From positions 2,294,001 to 2,358,000 of the forward strand of contig AP024665.1 of the NCBI GenBank assembly GCA_024346625.1: a DNA stretch of 64,000 bases. Direction: 5' to 3'. This document shows positions 24,092-36,190 of the stretch, in pieces (positions within the stretch are counted from its first letter, which is position 1; the number at the start of each line of letters is the position of its first letter). This DNA is from Williopsis jadinii. Taxonomy: Eukaryota. The translations under genes and the position numbers were made by a program. The notes beneath the pieces are model-generated. The model was given only the letters and a program-made list of their open reading frames with translations. It ran no database searches and was not told the origin of the DNA.

Positions 24092-25532
24092 ATGGCTTCT
24101 AGGTACGTTCTGTGTCGCCAGCACCGTCTTGGTGCGCTCAATTGGCTTGTTTGCTAACCATTTGTGTGTAGATATAGAGTTGAGTGTGGGTATTAAATAC
24201 GAAGGGCATCTCGAGCTTTGAGACGCGGTGGTGACTAACAGATCTCACAGACGCACTGAAGGAGCACCGTAGGGATGGCTTCATCGAGTGGATCAAAGGC
24301 TTGTTGGCTGTATGTGGTTTCTGGTTGTTGTACGTTGACGATACTGACAGTTTCCATAGGTTCCCTTCGTGCTGCACGCAGTGCAGAGTGATTCCCACGA
24401 GATCAACGACATCAAGACGACGAGCGACGCCAGAAGACGCTATGCTGAGATCTTCTTCGACGTTGAGAAGCTCATTGAGGACCAGATTCTTATGCAGAAC
24501 CAGGGAAACCCTGGTGCTGGCCGTCTGAAGCAGCTTGTTCCGTCCATCTCGAGCTTCTTCACCAAATTACCCTTGGAGAAGGCTTTCTATATAGAGGATG
24601 ACCGAAGATCGATCTCTGTTCGTCGCCTTGTTTGTCCAAGCTTCAACGACATCAGGCTTATCCTCAACACTGCACAGGCACTTGCACTGGCACAGGCCAG
24701 AGACCCACTTCAGCTCGTCACGTTTGACGGTGACGTTACACTCTACGAAGATGGCCATAGCCTAGTGCCAGATGCACAGGTCATTCCACGGCTATTGGCG
24801 TTGCTGAAGAAGGATCTCTACGTTGGTGTTGTAACTGCAGCTGGTTATAACGAACATAGTGGTGATAAGTACTACCAGAGACTCAAGGGTCTTGTCGATG
24901 CCATCAGGGACTCTGACAACCTAACAGATGAGCAGAAGGAGAGGTTCACTGTGATGGGTGGAGAGTCCAATTACCTGTTCAGATACAGTGTCTCTAAGAA
25001 GGGCCTCAATTGGATCGAGCCAGAGGAGTGGTTGCTGGAAGAGATGGCCAATTGGAACGAGACTGACATCTTGAACGTTCTTGACTTAGCCGAACAGCTC
25101 CTCAACGAGCTCATCAAGAGGCTATGCCTCCCAGCAACGGTTGTGAGAAAGTACAGAGGCGTCGGCCTAGTACCAAACCCTGGCTGTAAGCTGACTCGTG
25201 AACAGCTCGAAGAGACTGTTCTTGTTACAAGAAGAAGACTGGAGTCCAGCTCATCCGCACAGAGAATCAAATTCTGTGCCTTTGATGGAGGCTCTGATGT
25301 CTGGGTCGACATAGCATCGAAGGACCTTGGTGTGGCTTCCTTGCAACGCTACTTTGGAGGCATCTCACCAAAGAGAACACTACACATTGGTGATCAGTTT
25401 GCATCTGTAGGATCCAATGACTTCAAGGCAAGGCTATCGGGCTGTACCGTCTGGATCGCAAACCCGGAGGAGACCGTGACGATCCTGGACGATCTCATGA
25501 GGTACATTGACATGGAGGAGGCGTTCCGTTGA
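24092..25532 (+). CDS. ISN1: IMP-specific 5'-nucleotidase; exons 24092-24102, 24172-24185, 24251-24309, 24360-25532
   Basis: HAD motif VTFDGDVTLY, HIGDQF, GSNDFKAR; splicing restores the conserved N-terminus MASRYRVEYALKEHRRDGFIEWIKGLLAVPFVLHA. Confidence 0.93.
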
Positions 25533-25792
25533 TGTTCAAGCCATCAATTGGCGTATATAACCGTTCTGAATTGATCCATACAGGCCTCAAATGCACGCCC
25601 AAACCCTGGCATTTCCGCATTGGGAAGTCTACCCACGCTCTTATCAGCGCGGTGTTTTGTGTCAACCTCCGGAAGGCGTCGCTGTGCCAACCGTTGCGAT
25701 GGCACCCAACCTCCCCCCTGGAAGTTAAACAATACACGCTCTTTTCCCCTGTACCAGGCCGTTGTAGAGGCTTCAATTGACCGAGAGAGACG

Positions 25793-26645
25793 ATGTTTAC
25801 GATGATATGTAATGCTATAAGGTGAGCTTGGTCGCGTGCTTTACCGTGTGGATTGTTACTAATCTCTCCAATCGCTGGAAACTAGCGTGACAGTGACGTT
25901 TGCCTTCCCTCTCCTGGCAACGTTCAAAGCGTTGAAGAGGAATGCGGACTTGAGGCCCTGGGTGATGTACTGGTCTGTTGTGTCGATGTATACGGTGATA
26001 GAGGGCTACTTGTACTTCCTGGTGCGGTTTGTTCCGTTCTACGGGCTGATGAAGGTGTACTTTGCCATCTGGCTAATCCTCCCACAGACCAAGGGCGCAG
26101 AGTATCTGTACTACAAGCATGTGGAGCCGTTCTTTGAGGCGAATGAGGCCAAGATTGATGAGTTCATCGACACGTACTCACCTGGAAGAGGATACCTGGT
26201 GTCGTTGTTGGTTACGAAGCGCAGCGCTGTTTCTGCCGACCCGCTGGCTAGCACTCAGCCTTCAACGACATATAATAACAGGTCGCTATTGGACGGGTTC
26301 GTTGATAGCTTCTCCACGAATGGAGAGCCATACAGGGGAAGAGATCTGCTGCAAGTGGGAACCACGCTTATCAAGTCAGCGGGAGTGTCATTTTTTAGTG
26401 ATAACAGGGGAACTGGCTTGCCACACTCCACGCCTGTGAAGAAGAGCCCACACCACTCTACCACACCATCTCCTGATTTATCTGCCCAGGGACCACTGGA
26501 CTATGACATGGTCCAGAAGGAAGAGATCAACAGCATTTTGGAAACCTCACAGGTATCGGGAAACCACACAACGCCTCCGCCGCCAGTGGCTCGCAGTGAT
26601 AGCAGTTGGGGTAACTGGTGGTATGGCAAGCCCAAAAACGCATGA
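25793..26645 (+). CDS. TB2/DP1/HVA22 (REEP1-4-like) ER-shaping protein, probable Atg40 ortholog; exons 25793-25821 and 25886-26645
   Basis: PWVMYWSV...VPFYGLMKVYFAIWLILPQTKGAEYLYYKHVEPFF is an HVA22 domain; intron GTGAGC..TACTAAT..TAG; disordered tail with YDMV. Confidence 0.8.
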
Positions 26646-27220
26646 TTGTTTGTATAGTCTCCTGAATGTGACGGTTCCTTTCCCTGTTTAGTTTGATAAT
26701 GTGATAGCCCGATGCTTGTCGCTCAATCCCTGGTGATGAATCCACTGGATGTGGCAGCACATCGCAAGATCCATATCCAGTGCTTACTTATCTGTAATAG
26801 GCAGCGTAACCTTACATGACAACATGCACATGGATTATCCGTTACGTCGGACGATAATTGGCGGAACATCAGCTTGACGTTGCCGGAAAAATGACATTAC
26901 TAATCGATGCTGACCCATTGGATCGCGTTAGCCCAGTTTCACGAAGCTGTGGTTGTTGTAGTTGTTGGTGGTGCGCTTACTCACTCCCCACAGTAGTTAT
27001 TATGGGGTTAGTACCAATTCGGGTTAACGAGCCCTCTCAGATGCTTGACACAGTTCTCACGAGGAATTGGCAAAGAACCACATGACCATGGATGATGACA
27101 AAGCTGAAAAGTGTGGATGCGGAGTTGTACTGCTCATATATAAGTGCCTTCGAATCTAACACGAGGTGATGTGTCATGTTAAGTAGTGGAAGAGCATAGA
27201 AACACACACACATAAGCAAC

Positions 27221-28492
27221 ATGGCACCAAGCGTTACATCAGAGACTCAGGTTAACGATATCGTAGACAAGTACAGCAAGCTTGTCCTCAAGGGAGAAGG
27301 ATCACCACAACTCGGACAGAGCATTCAGGTTAAGCTCACCAACGCTGATGGCTTGAAGGATGGCTTTGGCGATGATTACTCCTCTGAGCTGCCAGAGACA
27401 ACTAAGCGCCGCTTCGAAAAGTACGGTATTGACATCTCCAAGGGCTATCCAAAGAGACCGGAGAAGTTGACATTGTTCTTGGACGAAGCTGAGAAGATCA
27501 GAAACGGGCCTGACCCAGACTACGTTGAGAGAGGTGTGAATGCTGATCCCGAGAAGAAGGCGCTCTTTGCAAAGGCCAAAGAGGTCAGACACCTGACAAA
27601 GTATGTCGGCACCGAGCTTGTTGGAGTGCAACTCAGCGAGTTGAACGAGAAGGAACTGGACGAGCTGGCTCTTCTGGTTTCTGAAAGAGTGGTTGTGTTC
27701 TTCAGAAACCAAGATCTGGCTCCGCAGAAGCAATTGGAGATTGGCCAGTTCTTTGGTAACAACGTGGAGAAGCATCCACTGGCTGGCCAAGTTCCACTTC
27801 CAGGTGTCGAGGGTCCAACTGGCTTGACCACGATTTGGGGTAAGTTCAACAGAAGAAACCGTGATGTGACCTTTAAGCAAAGAGGTGGTGCCATTTGGCA
27901 TACCGATTTGGACCATGAGTTCCGTGGACCTTCCATCACGCACCTCCATTTGGATGCCATTCCAAAGTTCGGTGGTGATACCGCATGGACCTCTGGGTAT
28001 GCTGCTTATGATAAGCTCTCTCCAGAGTTCCAGAAGTTCTTGGATGGTAAGGTGGCTGTCCACAGATCTCAGAACAAGTATTACGACAAGAACAATATTC
28101 TGGGTGGTCCGAAGCATATTGAAAGAGAACATCCACTGGTTGTTACTCATCCAGTGACTGGATGGAAGGCATTGTTCGTCAATAGAGGACACACCTTGAG
28201 AATCAAGGATTTGGAGCCAGAAGAATCCAGAGTCGTCTTAAACTATTTGTACGAAGTGTTGGAGAAGAACTTGGACATCCAAGTGAGATTCACATGGGCC
28301 AACGAAACCCAGGACCGTTCATTGGGAGCTTCAGCCATCTGGGATAACAGAATCAGTGCACATTATGCCATTGATGACTATGACGATGAAGAAGACCCAA
28401 GACACGGTACAAGAGTCACTTCGCTGGGTGCGCCTCCAGTCTTTGTTCCAGGTTCCAAGTCTCAAAGAGAATCCTTGGGATTGAAGCCTTGA
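27221..28492 (+). CDS. JLP1: Fe(II)/alpha-ketoglutarate-dependent sulfonate dioxygenase (TauD/Jlp1 family)
   Basis: WHTD iron motif, GGDTAW, HPLVVTHPVTGWKALFVN, IWDNRISAH, RHGTR. Confidence 0.85.
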   Translation: MAPSVTSETQVNDIVDKYSKLVLKGEGSPQLGQSIQVKLTNADGLKDGFGDDYSSELPETTKRRFEKYGIDISKGYPKRPEKLTLFLDEAEKIRNGPDPDYVERGVNADPEKKALFAKAKEVRHLTKYVGTELVGVQLSELNEKELDELALLVSERVVVFFRNQDLAPQKQLEIGQFFGNNVEKHPLAGQVPLPGVEGPTGLTTIWGKFNRRNRDVTFKQRGGAIWHTDLDHEFRGPSITHLHLDAIPKFGGDTAWTSGYAAYDKLSPEFQKFLDGKVAVHRSQNKYYDKNNILGGPKHIEREHPLVVTHPVTGWKALFVNRGHTLRIKDLEPEESRVVLNYLYEVLEKNLDIQVRFTWANETQDRSLGASAIWDNRISAHYAIDDYDDEEDPRHGTRVTSLGAPPVFVPGSKSQRESLGLKP

Positions 28493-28647
28493 AGACCAGT
28501 CCATAGCTTCTAGTTACAGTTGAAATTGATGTCTCCAGTTTATTCCATGCAACATTGTAGAAATGAATCCATCACCTGTATTGGCATTTTTTGTCTGTGT
28601 ACTTATTTACAAGAGTATTTCATATTTATCTTCTTCACAAGGTGGCA

Positions 28648-29382
28648 TTATAATCCCAAGTACTTGGTCACAAGGTCAACCTCATCAGCTCTATCAGCCT
28701 TCATTCTAGCCTTGTTCTTCTCGTTGAGCAATTGGCTCTTCAGCTTCTTTGGAATGAAAGGTTCTGGTTTGTGCTTGTAAGGACCAAGGATACCTCCAAA
28801 TGCGGTCCCTTGTTTCAGTTTATCAGATCCAAATGCCTGCTTCTGTTCCGAGTACTTCTCCAACTCCTTGAAGAAGTCAACGTTCCATGCGTCTTTGTTC
28901 TCCGGCTCCTCTGGCCAGACAAATGGTTCAAGCATATCGATGGTCATCTTCTTGATTTGACCCGTTCTATAACGTGCCACCGCATTACCTGTTCTTGTGT
29001 ATGGTGCATGGAGCAGCTGTGTGGTGATGTTGAAAGCCCTCAAGCCATAGACATGGTATAGGTAGTCCCTGAGGTCAAATCTGTTGAAACCCTTTGGTAC
29101 GATGAACTTGGCCTGATAAGGTGTGTGTTTCGCGTTAGGACGCAGCAAGATCACTCTGGCAGTAGGGAAATACTGCTTATTCTCACCAACTCTGAAGTGG
29201 GCCTCACCTTTATCTATGGAAGCCTGGTTAAGCTTGAGAAGCTTCTCAGAATGCTTCGTCGTCACTTGGAACTTCTTCGCCTTGTTCACAAGATCCAGGT
29301 GCTTTGAAGGGCTCACGGCAGTGGCGAGCGATCTGCTCCCACTCTTCATGGCATCAGCCACTTGTGGAACGACTCTAGGCAT
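28648..29382 (-). CDS. MRP20: Mitochondrial ribosomal protein uL23m
   Basis: LLRPNAKHTPYQAKFIVPKGFNRFDLRDYLYHVYGL, KKMTIDMLEPFVWPEEP; start set at MPRVVPQ. Confidence 0.9.
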   Translation of the reverse strand: MPRVVPQVADAMKSGSRSLATAVSPSKHLDLVNKAKKFQVTTKHSEKLLKLNQASIDKGEAHFRVGENKQYFPTARVILLRPNAKHTPYQAKFIVPKGFNRFDLRDYLYHVYGLRAFNITTQLLHAPYTRTGNAVARYRTGQIKKMTIDMLEPFVWPEEPENKDAWNVDFFKELEKYSEQKQAFGSDKLKQGTAFGGILGPYKHKPEPFIPKKLKSQLLNEKNKARMKADRADEVDLVTKYLGL

Positions 29383-29534
29383 TGCGCAAAGCGGTTGTTG
29401 AACTGTGTGTAGAACCTTTGGCAATGAGCTTTCAACAAGCTTCCAACGAGTTACACAGTGGACAAATTTTCCAATGTACACAAAAACCGGGCAGAATCTA
29501 CGAGAAAAAAAAACATACACACCAGGAGAGTGTG

Positions 29535-29624
29535 GTGTTTGGGTGTGCCGGGTAACCGGTTCAATCGCGGTTTTCGTTTTTGTGGTTTTTTTTTTTCCCC
29601 CGTCAGCGAAAAATTAGCCGCCGA
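29535..29624. promoter_or_regulatory. Rap1-like site (29535-29546, minus) and exact URS1/Ume6 site TAGCCGCCGA (29615-29624) in the MRP20/RPB2 divergent promoter
   Basis: Direct motif matches. Confidence 0.55.
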
Positions 29625-29969
29625 CAATTGCAAAACAAATTGCAAAGGCAAAAAAAACCACAAAAGAGAATCTTCAAAATCAAAACAAAGGAACCACCAC
29701 CTTGTCGGAAGACGTCATACAAAGGGTAAACACACAGGGCGGCACATCGTGTTTTTGTTTATATCTTCTGTTCTCCTTTGCTTCTTTTGATTTACTGCTC
29801 GGAGTTTCTTCGTATCTGTGTGGCTTGCCGTGTTCATAGAGGAGACATTCATTGACGTACTTTCACCGACACAGAGTAATATATATAGAGGTATACATCG
29901 TACCTCGTGATTATTTGTATCAGCCAGTGGTGTGATCAAGCAAAAGAGGAAGAGCTATCTGAAACAGAG

Positions 29970-32900
29970 ATGTCTGACGTTGAGGAAGATCCATATGCGC
30001 TTGAGGAAGGTAACGAGATTACCGCCCAGGACTGTTGGGCGGTGATTTCCGCTTTCTTCAAGGAGAAGGGTTTGGTCTCCCAACAATTGGATTCGTTTGA
30101 TGAGTTCATCCATACGTCTATCCAAGAGCTTGTGTGGGAGGACTCCACGCTGATTTTGGAACAACCTGCTCAACATATAACTGAGGCCGATAACGTCAAT
30201 AGAAAGTATGAAATCTCATTCGGTAAGATCTTTTTATCAAGACCTACGATGACAGAATCCGATGGTACCACGACACAGATGTTCCCACAGGAGGCTAGAC
30301 TCCGTAACCTGACGTATGCATCTCCGTTATTCGTTGAAATGGACAAGGTTACTTATGAGAAGCGCGATGATGAAAATGAATGGAGGGCGTTACCAGATGA
30401 AGTCAAAGAGGAACAGGTGGATAAGAAAGTTTACATTGGAAGAGTCCCAATCATGTTGAGATCCAAGTATTGTCTGTTGAGAGACTTGAACGAAACCGAA
30501 TTGTACTCTTTGAAGGAGTGTCCATTCGATATGGGTGGTTACTTCGTCATTAACGGTTCTGAGAAGGTTTTAATCGCACAAGAACGTTCGGCTGCAAACA
30601 TTGTCCAAGTGTTTAAGAAGTCGGCACCATCACCAATCTCACACGTTGCAGAGATTCGTTCCGCACTGGAAAAGGGTTCTAGACTGATTAGTTCCATGCA
30701 GATCAAGCTTTATGGTCGTGATGATAAAGGATCAGGCAGAACAATCAAGGCAACGTTACCTTACATCAAACAGGATATCCCAATCGTGATTGTGTTTAGA
30801 GCCTTGGGTATCGTTCCAGATGGTGATATCTTGGAACATATCTGTTATGATGAAAACGATTGGCAGATGTTCGAAATGTTGAAACCTTGTGTCGAGGAGG
30901 CATTTGTTATCCAGGACCGTGAAGTTGCCTTGGACTTTATCGGTCGTCGTGGTAATGCACTGGGTATCCGTAGAGAAAAACGTATTCAATACGCAAAGGA
31001 CATTTTACAAAAGGAATTCTTGCCACATATTACCCAAAAGGAAGGCTTCGAATCAAGAAAAGCCTTCTTCCTGGGTTACATGGTGAACCGTTTATTGCTT
31101 TGTGCCCTGGATAGAAAACCACAAGATGACCGTGATCATTTCGGTAAGAAGAGATTAGACTTGGCGGGTCCTTTGTTGGCTAATCTTTTCAGAATTCTGT
31201 TTAGAAAATTGACTAGAGACATCTACCGTTATATGCAGAGATCTGTTGAGACTGGCGATGACTTCAACTTGAAATTAGCCGTTAAGGCAACGACCATCAC
31301 ATCGGGTCTTAAGTACTCCTTGGCAACTGGTAACTGGGGTGAACAAAAGAAGGCCATGAGCTCAAGAGCTGGTGTTTCACAAGTTTTGAACAGATATACC
31401 TATTCTTCTACACTTTCCCATTTGAGAAGAACTAATACACCAATTGGACGTGATGGTAAGTTGGCTAAACCACGTCAATTGCATAATACCCATTGGGGTC
31501 TTGTCTGTCCTGCTGAGACTCCTGAAGGTCAAGCGTGTGGTTTGGTGAAGAACTTGTCGCTCATGACATGTATCTCTGTTGGTTCTGGTTCCGATCCAAT
31601 CTTATACTTCTTGGAGGAATGGGGTATGGAACCATTAGAGGAGTACGAACCACGTAAAGAGAGAGACTCCACAGCAACTAAGATCTTTGTCAATGGTGTC
31701 TGGCACGGTATTCACAGAGACCCAGCCAAGTTGACCGAAACAATGAGATCGCTAAGAAGAAATGGAGAAATGTCCCCAGAAGTTTCTATTATCAGAGATA
31801 TCCGTGAAAAAGAATTCAAGGTGTTTACCGACGCTGGTAGAGTCTATAGACCACTTTTCATTGTTGAGGACAATTTGGAAACAGGTGAAAAGGAGTTGGC
31901 ATTGAAGAAAGAGCACGTTAGTCGTCTTTTGGACTCAGAACAATACGAAAATGAACTCGAACCGGAGGAGTATGATGCTCACAACTTTACCCCTTACACA
32001 TGGACCAACTTGTTGAGTGAAGGTATTGTGGAGTACGTGGACGCTGAAGAAGAGGAAACAATTATGATTGCTATGTCACCAGAGGATTTGATCCCAGACA
32101 ACGATTTATCAACTGACACATCGAATCCAAGTGAACGTATCAACACTAAAACATCGTCACATACTTACACGCATTGTGAAATTCATCCTTCCATGATTCT
32201 TGGTGTTGCGGCATCTATCATTCCATTCCCAGATCATAACCAGTCCCCACGTAACACATACCAATCTGCCATGGGTAAGCAAGCCATGGGTGTGTTCTTA
32301 ACCAACTATAGTGTCCGTATGGATACCATGGCTAATATTCTTTACTATCCACAGAAACCTTTGGCTACTACAAGATCAATGGAGTATTTGAAGTTTAGAG
32401 AATTACCAGCTGGTCAAAATGCTATTGTCGCCATTGCATGTTACTCTGGTTATAACCAAGAAGATTCCATGATCATGAATCAATCTAGTATCGACAGAGG
32501 TTTGTTCAGATCTTTATTCTTCAGATCATATATGGATCAGGAGAAGAGAGTTGGTATGTCTGTTGTGGAAGAGTTTGAGAAGCCAAACCGTTCAAATACA
32601 TTAAGATTGAAACACGGTACATATGAAAAGTTGGACGATGATGGTTTGATTGCGCCAGGTGTTAGAGTTTCTGGTGAGGATATCATTATTGGTAAAACCA
32701 CTCCAATTCCACCAGACACAGAGGAATTGGGTCAACGTACAGTATATCATACGAAACGTGATGCATCAACACCTTTGAGATCCACTGAAAATGGTATTGT
32801 TGATCAGGTGTTAATAACTACGAACCAAGAAGGTTTGAAGTTTGTTAAAGTTCGTATGAGAACAACCAAGGTTCCCCAAATTGGTGACAAGTTTGCATCC

Positions 32901-33629
32901 CGTCACGGTCAGAAGGGTACTATTGGTGTTACATATCGTCGTGAGGATATGCCATTTAGTGCAGAAGGTATTGTTCCGGATTTGATTATAAATCCGCATG
33001 CTATTCCATCTCGTATGACTGTTGCGCATTTGATTGAGTGTTTACTTTCAAAGGTTTCTGCCATTTCCGGTTTTGAAGGTGATGCATCACCTTTCTCTGT
33101 TGTCACTGTGGAACAGATCTCCAATCTACTTCGTGAGAATGGATATCAATCCAGAGGATTTGAAGTTATGTACAACGGTCACACAGGTAAGAAACTTATG
33201 GCACAGATTTTCTTTGGACCAACCTATTATCAACGTTTGAGACATATGGTTGATGATAAGATCCATGCTAGAGCTAGAGGTCCAGTGCAAATCTTGACCA
33301 GACAACCTGTAGAAGGTCGTTCGAGAGATGGTGGTTTACGTTTCGGTGAAATGGAACGTGATTGTATGATTGCGCATGGTGCAGCATCCTTCTTGAAGGA
33401 GAGATTGATGGAGGCTTCTGATGCATTTAGAGTACACATCTGTGGTGTCTGTGGTTTGATGTCGGTGATTGCAAAGCTCAAGCACAATCAGTTCGAATGT
33501 CGTGGGTGTAAGAACAAGATTGATATCTATCAGATCCACATTCCATATGCTGCAAAGTTATTATTCCAAGAGCTTATGGCCATGAACATTGCACCACGTC
33601 TATACACAGATCGTTCTGTTGCATTTTGA
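29970..33629 (+). CDS. RPB2: RNA polymerase II second-largest subunit
   Basis: [55 protein letters not shown]-terminal Zn finger; start set at first ATG. Confidence 0.99.
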   Translation: MSDVEEDPYALEEGNEITAQDCWAVISAFFKEKGLVSQQLDSFDEFIHTSIQELVWEDSTLILEQPAQHITEADNVNRKYEISFGKIFLSRPTMTESDGTTTQMFPQEARLRNLTYASPLFVEMDKVTYEKRDDENEWRALPDEVKEEQVDKKVYIGRVPIMLRSKYCLLRDLNETELYSLKECPFDMGGYFVINGSEKVLIAQERSAANIVQVFKKSAPSPISHVAEIRSALEKGSRLISSMQIKLYGRDDKGSGRTIKATLPYIKQDIPIVIVFRALGIVPDGDILEHICYDENDWQMFEMLKPCVEEAFVIQDREVALDFIGRRGNALGIRREKRIQYAKDILQKEFLPHITQKEGFESRKAFFLGYMVNRLLLCALDRKPQDDRDHFGKKRLDLAGPLLANLFRILFRKLTRDIYRYMQRSVETGDDFNLKLAVKATTITSGLKYSLATGNWGEQKKAMSSRAGVSQVLNRYTYSSTLSHLRRTNTPIGRDGKLAKPRQLHNTHWGLVCPAETPEGQACGLVKNLSLMTCISVGSGSDPILYFLEEWGMEPLEEYEPRKERDSTATKIFVNGVWHGIHRDPAKLTETMRSLRRNGEMSPEVSIIRDIREKEFKVFTDAGRVYRPLFIVEDNLETGEKELALKKEHVSRLLDSEQYENELEPEEYDAHNFTPYTWTNLLSEGIVEYVDAEEEETIMIAMSPEDLIPDNDLSTDTSNPSERINTKTSSHTYTHCEIHPSMILGVAASIIPFPDHNQSPRNTYQSAMGKQAMGVFLTNYSVRMDTMANILYYPQKPLATTRSMEYLKFRELPAGQNAIVAIACYSGYNQEDSMIMNQSSIDRGLFRSLFFRSYMDQEKRVGMSVVEEFEKPNRSNTLRLKHGTYEKLDDDGLIAPGVRVSGEDIIIGKTTPIPPDTEELGQRTVYHTKRDASTPLRSTENGIVDQVLITTNQEGLKFVKVRMRTTKVPQIGDKFASRHGQKGTIGVTYRREDMPFSAEGIVPDLIINPHAIPSRMTVAHLIECLLSKVSAISGFEGDASPFSVVTVEQISNLLRENGYQSRGFEVMYNGHTGKKLMAQIFFGPTYYQRLRHMVDDKIHARARGPVQILTRQPVEGRSRDGGLRFGEMERDCMIAHGAASFLKERLMEASDAFRVHICGVCGLMSVIAKLKHNQFECRGCKNKIDIYQIHIPYAAKLLFQELMAMNIAPRLYTDRSVAF

Positions 33630-33803
33630 GACGTCTACAAAGATGAGACATCCCTCTTACTGACTGTATCATATGAAGATGATTGAATAAAGAGAAAAAA
33701 TCACATACAATTCCGAATAAAAAAAGTTATTTTCATTTTTAATCTTTATGTACGTGCTCAGTATGAGTAAACACTTCTATTTACATGGCTGGAATCAACT
33801 TTT

Positions 33804-34289
33804 CTACTTTTGCGACTCCAACTCCTTAAGCTTCTGCACAACCAACGGTTGTTCATCAGCATATGCCACTATGTTCTGCTTGTATGGGTTCTCTGATCCA
33901 TCAAACACCTTGAGTCTGGCCAATCTTGTCTTTCTATAAGAGTTCTTTGGAAGCATTCCACTAACGGCCTTCTTCAACAACTCCCCAAACCCTTTATCTT
34001 GTGCCATCTTCTTCATAGGGGTCAGCACCAGCGAGCCCGGCTTGGTCGAGTGTCTCCAGTACTCCTTATCCTCAAACTTGTTTCCTGTGATCTTCAGCTG
34101 AGCGCAGTTCGTGACAACAACGTAGTCACCTTGGTCCAATGTCTTGTCGAAGGTTGGCTTGTGCTTTCCAACCAGAGTGATCGCAATGCTCGACGCAAGA
34201 CGCCCTAAAGTTCTATCGTCCTTGGCAACATCAACGTGGTGCCATACCCTAGCAACGCTGATACCGGTTCTACCAATTCTCTGCGACAT
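33804..34289 (-). CDS. MRPL23: Mitochondrial ribosomal protein uL13m
   Basis: MSQRIG...VWHHVDV...LGRLAS...GKHKP...GDYVVVTN...AVSGMLPKN. Confidence 0.93.
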   Translation of the reverse strand: MSQRIGRTGISVARVWHHVDVAKDDRTLGRLASSIAITLVGKHKPTFDKTLDQGDYVVVTNCAQLKITGNKFEDKEYWRHSTKPGSLVLTPMKKMAQDKGFGELLKKAVSGMLPKNSYRKTRLARLKVFDGSENPYKQNIVAYADEQPLVVQKLKELESQK

Positions 34290-34739
34290 CCTGGCCGGTG
34301 TTCTCTGTTGTCTGCCTCCGCTGTTCTCTCCTCTGCCCTCTGATGCCTCGTCTGTTGAAGAGAGCGAAAAAAAAGTGCCGCCGAGGGGCCTAAGATCACT
34401 GCACAAGTGTCACATACCGTGGCTGCATTTTTCTCAGCGGTTATGCAGAGAAAGCCCTTTTGGGTTAGCGAAGGGGAAAAAACGAAAAGCGTCGAAAACT
34501 TCAACGTAAACAACGTAAACAACGTCAACAAAGACACACCAACGGTTGCTTTCGACTGCTCTGTTTACCGACCCATCGCATTGTCCGAAGCCAGAAGCAA
34601 TTGCATCCGTGACACTCCCCTTCATTCTCTCCTTATAGACACTCCAACTGTGCTTCTCGTTGTTCCCCCACCCGCCCACTTGCATTACAACGTTGTTTAG
34701 AAGCCACCACTCTATCATAACACACACACACTGCGCATA

Positions 34740-35255
34740 ATGTTTTTCCTCAAAGATCTTTCGCTGACGGTAACGCTGCACCCATCGTTCTTCGGCCCAC
34801 AGATGACACAGTTCTTACGGACAAAGCTTCTAAACGAGGTTGAAGGGTCTTGTACGGGTAAATTTGGCTATATCATGTGTGTGCTGGATTGTATGTCGAT
34901 TGATATTGGTAAGGGCACGATCATCCCGGGCGACGGTTCAGCTGAGTTTGAGGTGAAGTACCGAGCTGTGGTGTGGAAGCCGTTCAAAGGTGAGGTTGTG
35001 GATGGTACGGTGTCACAGGTGAGCAAGCTGGGGTTCTTTGTTGATGTTGGTCCGCTGAGCGTGTTCGTGTCGACGCATTTGATCCCACCTGACATGTCTT
35101 TCAACCCTGCTGCCAATCCTCCGGCTTATCAGTCTGACGACCAAATCATTGAGAAGGGTAGCAGGGTGAGGCTTAAAATTGTTGGTACCAGAGCTGACGT
35201 GAATGCCATCTATGCAATTGGAAGTATAAAGGAGGATTATCTGGGTGCTCTGTGA
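34740..35255 (+). CDS. RPB7: RNA polymerase II subunit 7
   Basis: [20 protein letters not shown]...[13 protein letters not shown], 171 aa. Confidence 0.98.
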   Translation: MFFLKDLSLTVTLHPSFFGPQMTQFLRTKLLNEVEGSCTGKFGYIMCVLDCMSIDIGKGTIIPGDGSAEFEVKYRAVVWKPFKGEVVDGTVSQVSKLGFFVDVGPLSVFVSTHLIPPDMSFNPAANPPAYQSDDQIIEKGSRVRLKIVGTRADVNAIYAIGSIKEDYLGAL

Positions 35256-35810
35256 TTTCAACGAACCCATGTCTTATATACTGGATGTTTCTCCATAGAG
35301 AGAAGGAAAATTAAAGTGCAACAGAAACGTGCTTTCAAAAGCTAATGAACGATTTCCCATATTGAGGCCCTGTGCCGGTGTAGTGTTTTAGATGTCTGGT
35401 TGGAAATATCAAGGGCTGATAGTCAATTGCTTGGAGGTCCATCCGAGGTGTAGGCGTAGCTGCCACCCGTGATAGGCTTGGAACTGAAGAGGCAATCCAG
35501 TAGATTACGGTGATTACAGTCCGTCATAGTGTTGAAATCCTGTAATACACTATGGATTTGTCTCCTTCGTAAGTGCATTGACCCTATGTGTGTTGAGAGG
35601 CTACCTCGTAGCGAGAAACAACGAAGCAAATAAGTTAGGGTCACGAAAAGAATGGCGAGCTCATACTGCCAGTTCAGTTCATGTGTGCACCGAGAAACAT
35701 GCTTCAACTCTCAGAGGACAGAAAACTATGGCTTAGACAAACATTCTGTTGGCACCTGTTGAAGTTGAAACAGAGAAGGAAAGAGAGTGAACATTGAATC
35801 AAATACATTG

Positions 35811-35860
35811 TTGACGGAATAACACGGAACAACACGGAGTTACACGGAAGTACACCGACT
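35811..35860 (+). repeat. 10-bp periodic array (WACACGGARN), about 5 units, upstream of MFS gene A
   Basis: TTGACGGAAT AACACGGAAC AACACGGAGT TACACGGAAG TACACCGACT. Confidence 0.75.
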
Positions 35861-36190
35861 TCGGTGGAGATGAGCGCCTGGAGATAAACGGCGATAAACC
35901 GGAAAAACAAGGACTTACGTGAATATCTCGGCGATTGCAGCCCTAAATGGAACAACCGTGAGCCTTCGGCAATGTCTTCGAGGTGGACATCACCGTTCGT
36001 ACGACGCAATTGTGATTCAAAGGGGGAGAATGGTGGGGGAAAACAGGTGTACACGTATGGTTTTAGAGGGATGTGCACCCAGCTAACTCCGACGTGTGGA
36101 GCCTGAAGCTGTGCTTATAAGAAGAGCGTGATTGAAGCCGTTGCTCGACATCATTGACGTTCTTGCCATCTCATCAGACACACGGATTCT

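Noticed and set aside
27302..28192. 296-aa ORF antisense to the TauD gene (and a 213-aa ORF antisense to DIT1 at 42608-43249)
   Set aside because: Shadow ORFs fully inside well-supported genes, with no motifs
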